Below are positions 61,361 to 64,000 of a DNA stretch of 64,000 bases, piece by piece; the stretch's first letter is position 1; each line of letters begins with the position of its first letter. The DNA lies in NCBI GenBank assembly GCA_913774925.1, contig CAJYKB010000049.1, positions 7,496 to 71,495 on the forward strand, given 5' to 3'. The position numbers and the translations under genes are program-made. This stretch comes from an uncultured Sphingomonas sp. Its GTDB lineage: Bacteria; Pseudomonadota; Alphaproteobacteria; Sphingomonadales; Sphingomonadaceae. A model generated the notes under the pieces. The model had not been told where the DNA came from. It did no database searches and was given only the letters and a program-made list of their open reading frames with translations.

Positions 61361-62809
61361 TCACGGCACCACATCCCGCCGCGTATAGACGATCCGCCGC
61401 CCGCCCCCCGTCCGCATCTCGAACGTCTTGCGATAGTCCCGCGCCAGCGCCGCCTCCACCAGCGCGCGGGTACGCGGATTGCCGCCGCCGAACGCGGGCA
61501 GCACGTCGGTGATCTTCTCCGGCCGCGTCGCCAGGATGCGGCGCACCTCCGCCGCGGGATCGACGCCGAGCGCCGCCGCATTGTCCTCCGACTTCGTATT
61601 CAGCAGCCCCGGGAAGGCGTAGCGTGTCGGCAGGCAGGTGTGGGTCAGGTGGTACAGCACCGGATAGCCGTCATAGACGTAGAGGCAACCGTGATGCGGC
61701 GTCGCGGCGGCGACGAAGGCATAGGCCTGCGCGCGCGTCCCCTTCACCCGCGTGTTGAGCTGCAATACGACCTGCGCCACGACGAAGATCGTGCCCAGCA
61801 GCGCCAGCGTCCGCCCCGGTCGCCGGTCGAGCCCCGGCGCGGCGAGCAGCGCGAGCGGCAGCAGCGCCGGCGGCAGCGCATTGGGGTTCGGACCGTTGAC
61901 GAACGGGACCAGTCCGACGACCGCGGCGGCGAGCCAGCCCCAGGCGAAGCGCCGCGCCGGATCGGCGGCCGCGCCGCGTGGGGCGAGCAGCGCCGCGATC
62001 CACAGCGGCGACAGGATCGCCAGTGCGAGCAGCCACCCGCTCGCCTTGTCGGCCAGCGCGCCGCCACCCTTGCCCAGGATCGACACGAAATTGGCGAAGA
62101 CGAACGCATCCAGCGCGCCCGCCTGCCAATAGGCCGCGACCGCGATCGCGGTCGGCAGCAGCGCCGCGGCGATCAGCGCGAGCGCGTAACCGGCGAGCGC
62201 GACGATGCGCGTGCCGCGCCGCCACGCCGCCCACAACAGCGCAAGGCCGAAGAATGCCCCTTCGAACACGACCGAATATTTGATCTGCAACGCGATACCG
62301 ACCAGCAGCATTGCCGCGACGCCCTCGAGCACGGGCCGCTGCGTGCGGCCGGTGACGTGACGCAGCACCAGCGCCGCGGCGACCACCATCGGCAGATTGT
62401 AGAACACCGCCGACTGCCCGCCTTCGCCCTCGGTAAAGTCGAGCCAGAGCAGATAGGCGACGCCCGCGGCGAGCGCTCCCGCCGCGCCGGTGCCGCGTCG
62501 CGCGATACGATAGAGCGTCCAGGCGGTCGCCCAGGCCAAGATCGTCGCCACCAACTGATATTGCAGCACGCCCTCGCCGCCGAGCAGGCGGATCGCGGCG
62601 AAGATCAGGAACAACCCGATCGGCTTGCGGTCCCAGATGTCGACATAGACCAGCGCGCCATGGGCCATCCGGTCGCCGACCAGCAGATAATATTGCTCGT
62701 CGAACCCCGTCGCGGGATTGCCCCACATCGCGATGCGCGCGGCGATCGCCACCAGCGCCAGCAGCAGCGCGGCACGTGCGGGGCGATCGAGGTCGAGGGG
62801 GAGGGCCAT
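61361..62809 (-). CDS. GT-C fold multi-TM glycosyltransferase (ArnT/PMT-like)
   Basis: DE motif after TM1 (GFDEQYY), YVDIWDRKPIG, LQIKY; about 11 hydrophobic helices and a periplasmic tail. Confidence 0.7.
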   Translation of the reverse strand: MALPLDLDRPARAALLLALVAIAARIAMWGNPATGFDEQYYLLVGDRMAHGALVYVDIWDRKPIGLFLIFAAIRLLGGEGVLQYQLVATILAWATAWTLYRIARRGTGAAGALAAGVAYLLWLDFTEGEGGQSAVFYNLPMVVAAALVLRHVTGRTQRPVLEGVAAMLLVGIALQIKYSVVFEGAFFGLALLWAAWRRGTRIVALAGYALALIAAALLPTAIAVAAYWQAGALDAFVFANFVSILGKGGGALADKASGWLLALAILSPLWIAALLAPRGAAADPARRFAWGWLAAAVVGLVPFVNGPNPNALPPALLPLALLAAPGLDRRPGRTLALLGTIFVVAQVVLQLNTRVKGTRAQAYAFVAAATPHHGCLYVYDGYPVLYHLTHTCLPTRYAFPGLLNTKSEDNAAALGVDPAAEVRRILATRPEKITDVLPAFGGGNPRTRALVEAALARDYRKTFEMRTGGGRRIVYTRRDVVP

Positions 62810-62888
62810 GCGCCGGGTGATAGCGGCACGGGAGAGGAATTGAACCCGTCGCCCGCTCGCGCTTTGAAAGGTGCCGAGGAGAGCTGCC

Positions 62889-63233
62889 ATGGCCGACGAC
62901 CACGATCAGATCGCGAAGGACTTCGCCGAAGCCGTCAACATGGCGCCGGCCGAACTGGAGAAGTGGCTCGACACCGACGACAGCCGGCGCGTCGGCTGGA
63001 AGGGGAAGGGCGGCGACGGCAAGGGCGAGAGCGTGGGCCACAAGTCGGGCCGTCGCATCGTCGAGATCAAGCGGACGAAGAAGGCCGACCTGACCGATGA
63101 CGATTATGCGCACATGAAGAAGGTGGTGTCCTATGTGCACCGCCATCTGGCGCAGGGCGGGCCCAAGAAGGATACGGCGGATTCCGACTGGCGCTATTCG
63201 CTGATGAACTGGGGGCACGACCCGGAGAAGTAG
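62889..63233 (+). CDS. DUF3140-family protein
   Basis: FAEAVNM..ELEKWL, ESVGHKSGRRI, HMKKVVSYVHRHLAQ, WRYSLMNWGHDP. Confidence 0.82.
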   Translation: MADDHDQIAKDFAEAVNMAPAELEKWLDTDDSRRVGWKGKGGDGKGESVGHKSGRRIVEIKRTKKADLTDDDYAHMKKVVSYVHRHLAQGGPKKDTADSDWRYSLMNWGHDPEK

Positions 63234-63239
63234 CGCGGA

Positions 63240-63268
63240 TTGACCGGGCGGGGCGGCGCGGGTATAGC
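63240..63268 (+). promoter_or_regulatory. Sigma70 promoter of str operon
   Basis: TTGACC-N17-TATAGC. Confidence 0.75.
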
Positions 63269-63427
63269 GCGCCCGTCCGACGGGAGCGAATCCCGCCGCG
63301 ACGCTTGAACATTGCTGGATGCATTAAGGGCCGAAGGCGCCGGTGACGGTGGCCGATGGTCCTTTTCGTATTCCGTATAGCTTGTGATGGCTCCAGCAAA
63401 GTAACCTCAAGAAAGGTGAAGGCTTCA

Positions 63428-63799
63428 ATGCCGACGATCAACCAGCTGGTCCGCAAGGGCCGCGACCCGCAGAAGGCCAAGAGCAAGGTTCCTGCGATGG
63501 AGCAGAACCCGCAGAAGCGCGGCGTCTGCACCCGTGTCTATACCACGACCCCGAAGAAGCCGAACTCGGCGCTGCGCAAGGTGGCCAAGGTCCGCCTGAC
63601 CAACCAGCGCGAGGTCATCAGCTACATCCCGGGCGAGGGCCACAACCTGCAGGAGCACTCGGTGGTGCTGATCCGCGGCGGCCGTGTGCGCGACCTTCCG
63701 GGCGTGCGCTACCACGTGCTGCGCGGCGTCCTCGACACGCAGGGCGTGAAGGATCGCAAGCAGAGCCGCTCGAAGTACGGCGCGAAGCGTCCGAAGTGA
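63428..63799 (+). CDS. rpsL: 30S ribosomal protein S12
   Basis: [33 protein letters not shown]. Confidence 0.99.
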   Translation: MPTINQLVRKGRDPQKAKSKVPAMEQNPQKRGVCTRVYTTTPKKPNSALRKVAKVRLTNQREVISYIPGEGHNLQEHSVVLIRGGRVRDLPGVRYHVLRGVLDTQGVKDRKQSRSKYGAKRPK

Positions 63800-63813
63800 C
63801 CTGCCGCAGGCTG

Positions 63814-63876
63814 GTCACCCCGGCGCAGGCCGGGGTCCGGTCGAACGGACTTATCCCGGCGCAGGCCGGGATCCAG
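63814..63876. repeat. Two head-to-tail REP-like hairpins in rpsL-rpsG spacer
   Basis: GTCACCCCGGCGCAGGCCGGGGTCC and ATCCCGGCGCAGGCCGGGATCCAG. Confidence 0.75.
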
Positions 63877-63914
63877 GGCCGCCAGCGGCTCGGTTGATCT
63901 AGAAGGAAATTCAC

Positions 63915-64000
63915 ATGGCGCGTCGTCGTCGTCCCGAAAAGCGGGAAATTCTGCCGGACCCCGTCTATGGTGATGAGGTTCTCTCCAAGTTCATGAATTC
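63915..64000 (+). CDS. rpsG: 30S ribosomal protein S7, 3'-truncated by window
   Basis: AAGGA RBS; [28 protein letters not shown]; follows rpsL. Confidence 0.96.
   Translation, partial: MARRRRPEKREILPDPVYGDEVLSKFMN

Overview
High-GC alphaproteobacterial chromosomal window; the gene set, order and repeat families suggest a sphingomonad (inference). From left to right it holds: the end of a glycan-degradation operon (GH2, carboxylesterase, SGNH hydrolase); an aldehyde dehydrogenase; dctA plus an AlgE-like porin; a LacI regulator; an accessory chemosensory operon (STAS-cheY-cheA-cheW-mcp-cheW-cheR-cheB) ending in an unusual soluble double-MCP-like gene; a Tad/Cpa pilus cluster lacking its ATPase and pilin; housekeeping genes (mgtC-like, rnhA, thrB, ispH, DEAD-box helicase); a hybrid histidine kinase; an 11-kb type I secretion/adhesin locus; pdhC-lpdA; assorted enzymes; and the start of the str operon (rpsL, rpsG). 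The best candidate for an undescribed system is the locus at 37653-48381. It encodes a LapG-like cysteine protease, a 1371-aa adhesin, an OmpA-domain protein, TolC, an ABC exporter and HlyD. The adhesin carries a LapA-type TAAG site but no RTX repeats, and no LapD gene lies in the window. It also has a twice-repeated ~180-aa domain I do not recognise, inserted into its Ig-like repeats. Intergenic DNA carries at least four families of palindromic REP/REPIN-like elements, some nested. No tRNA, rRNA, CRISPR array, transposase or integrase was seen. All calls come from reading motifs by eye; no searches were run.
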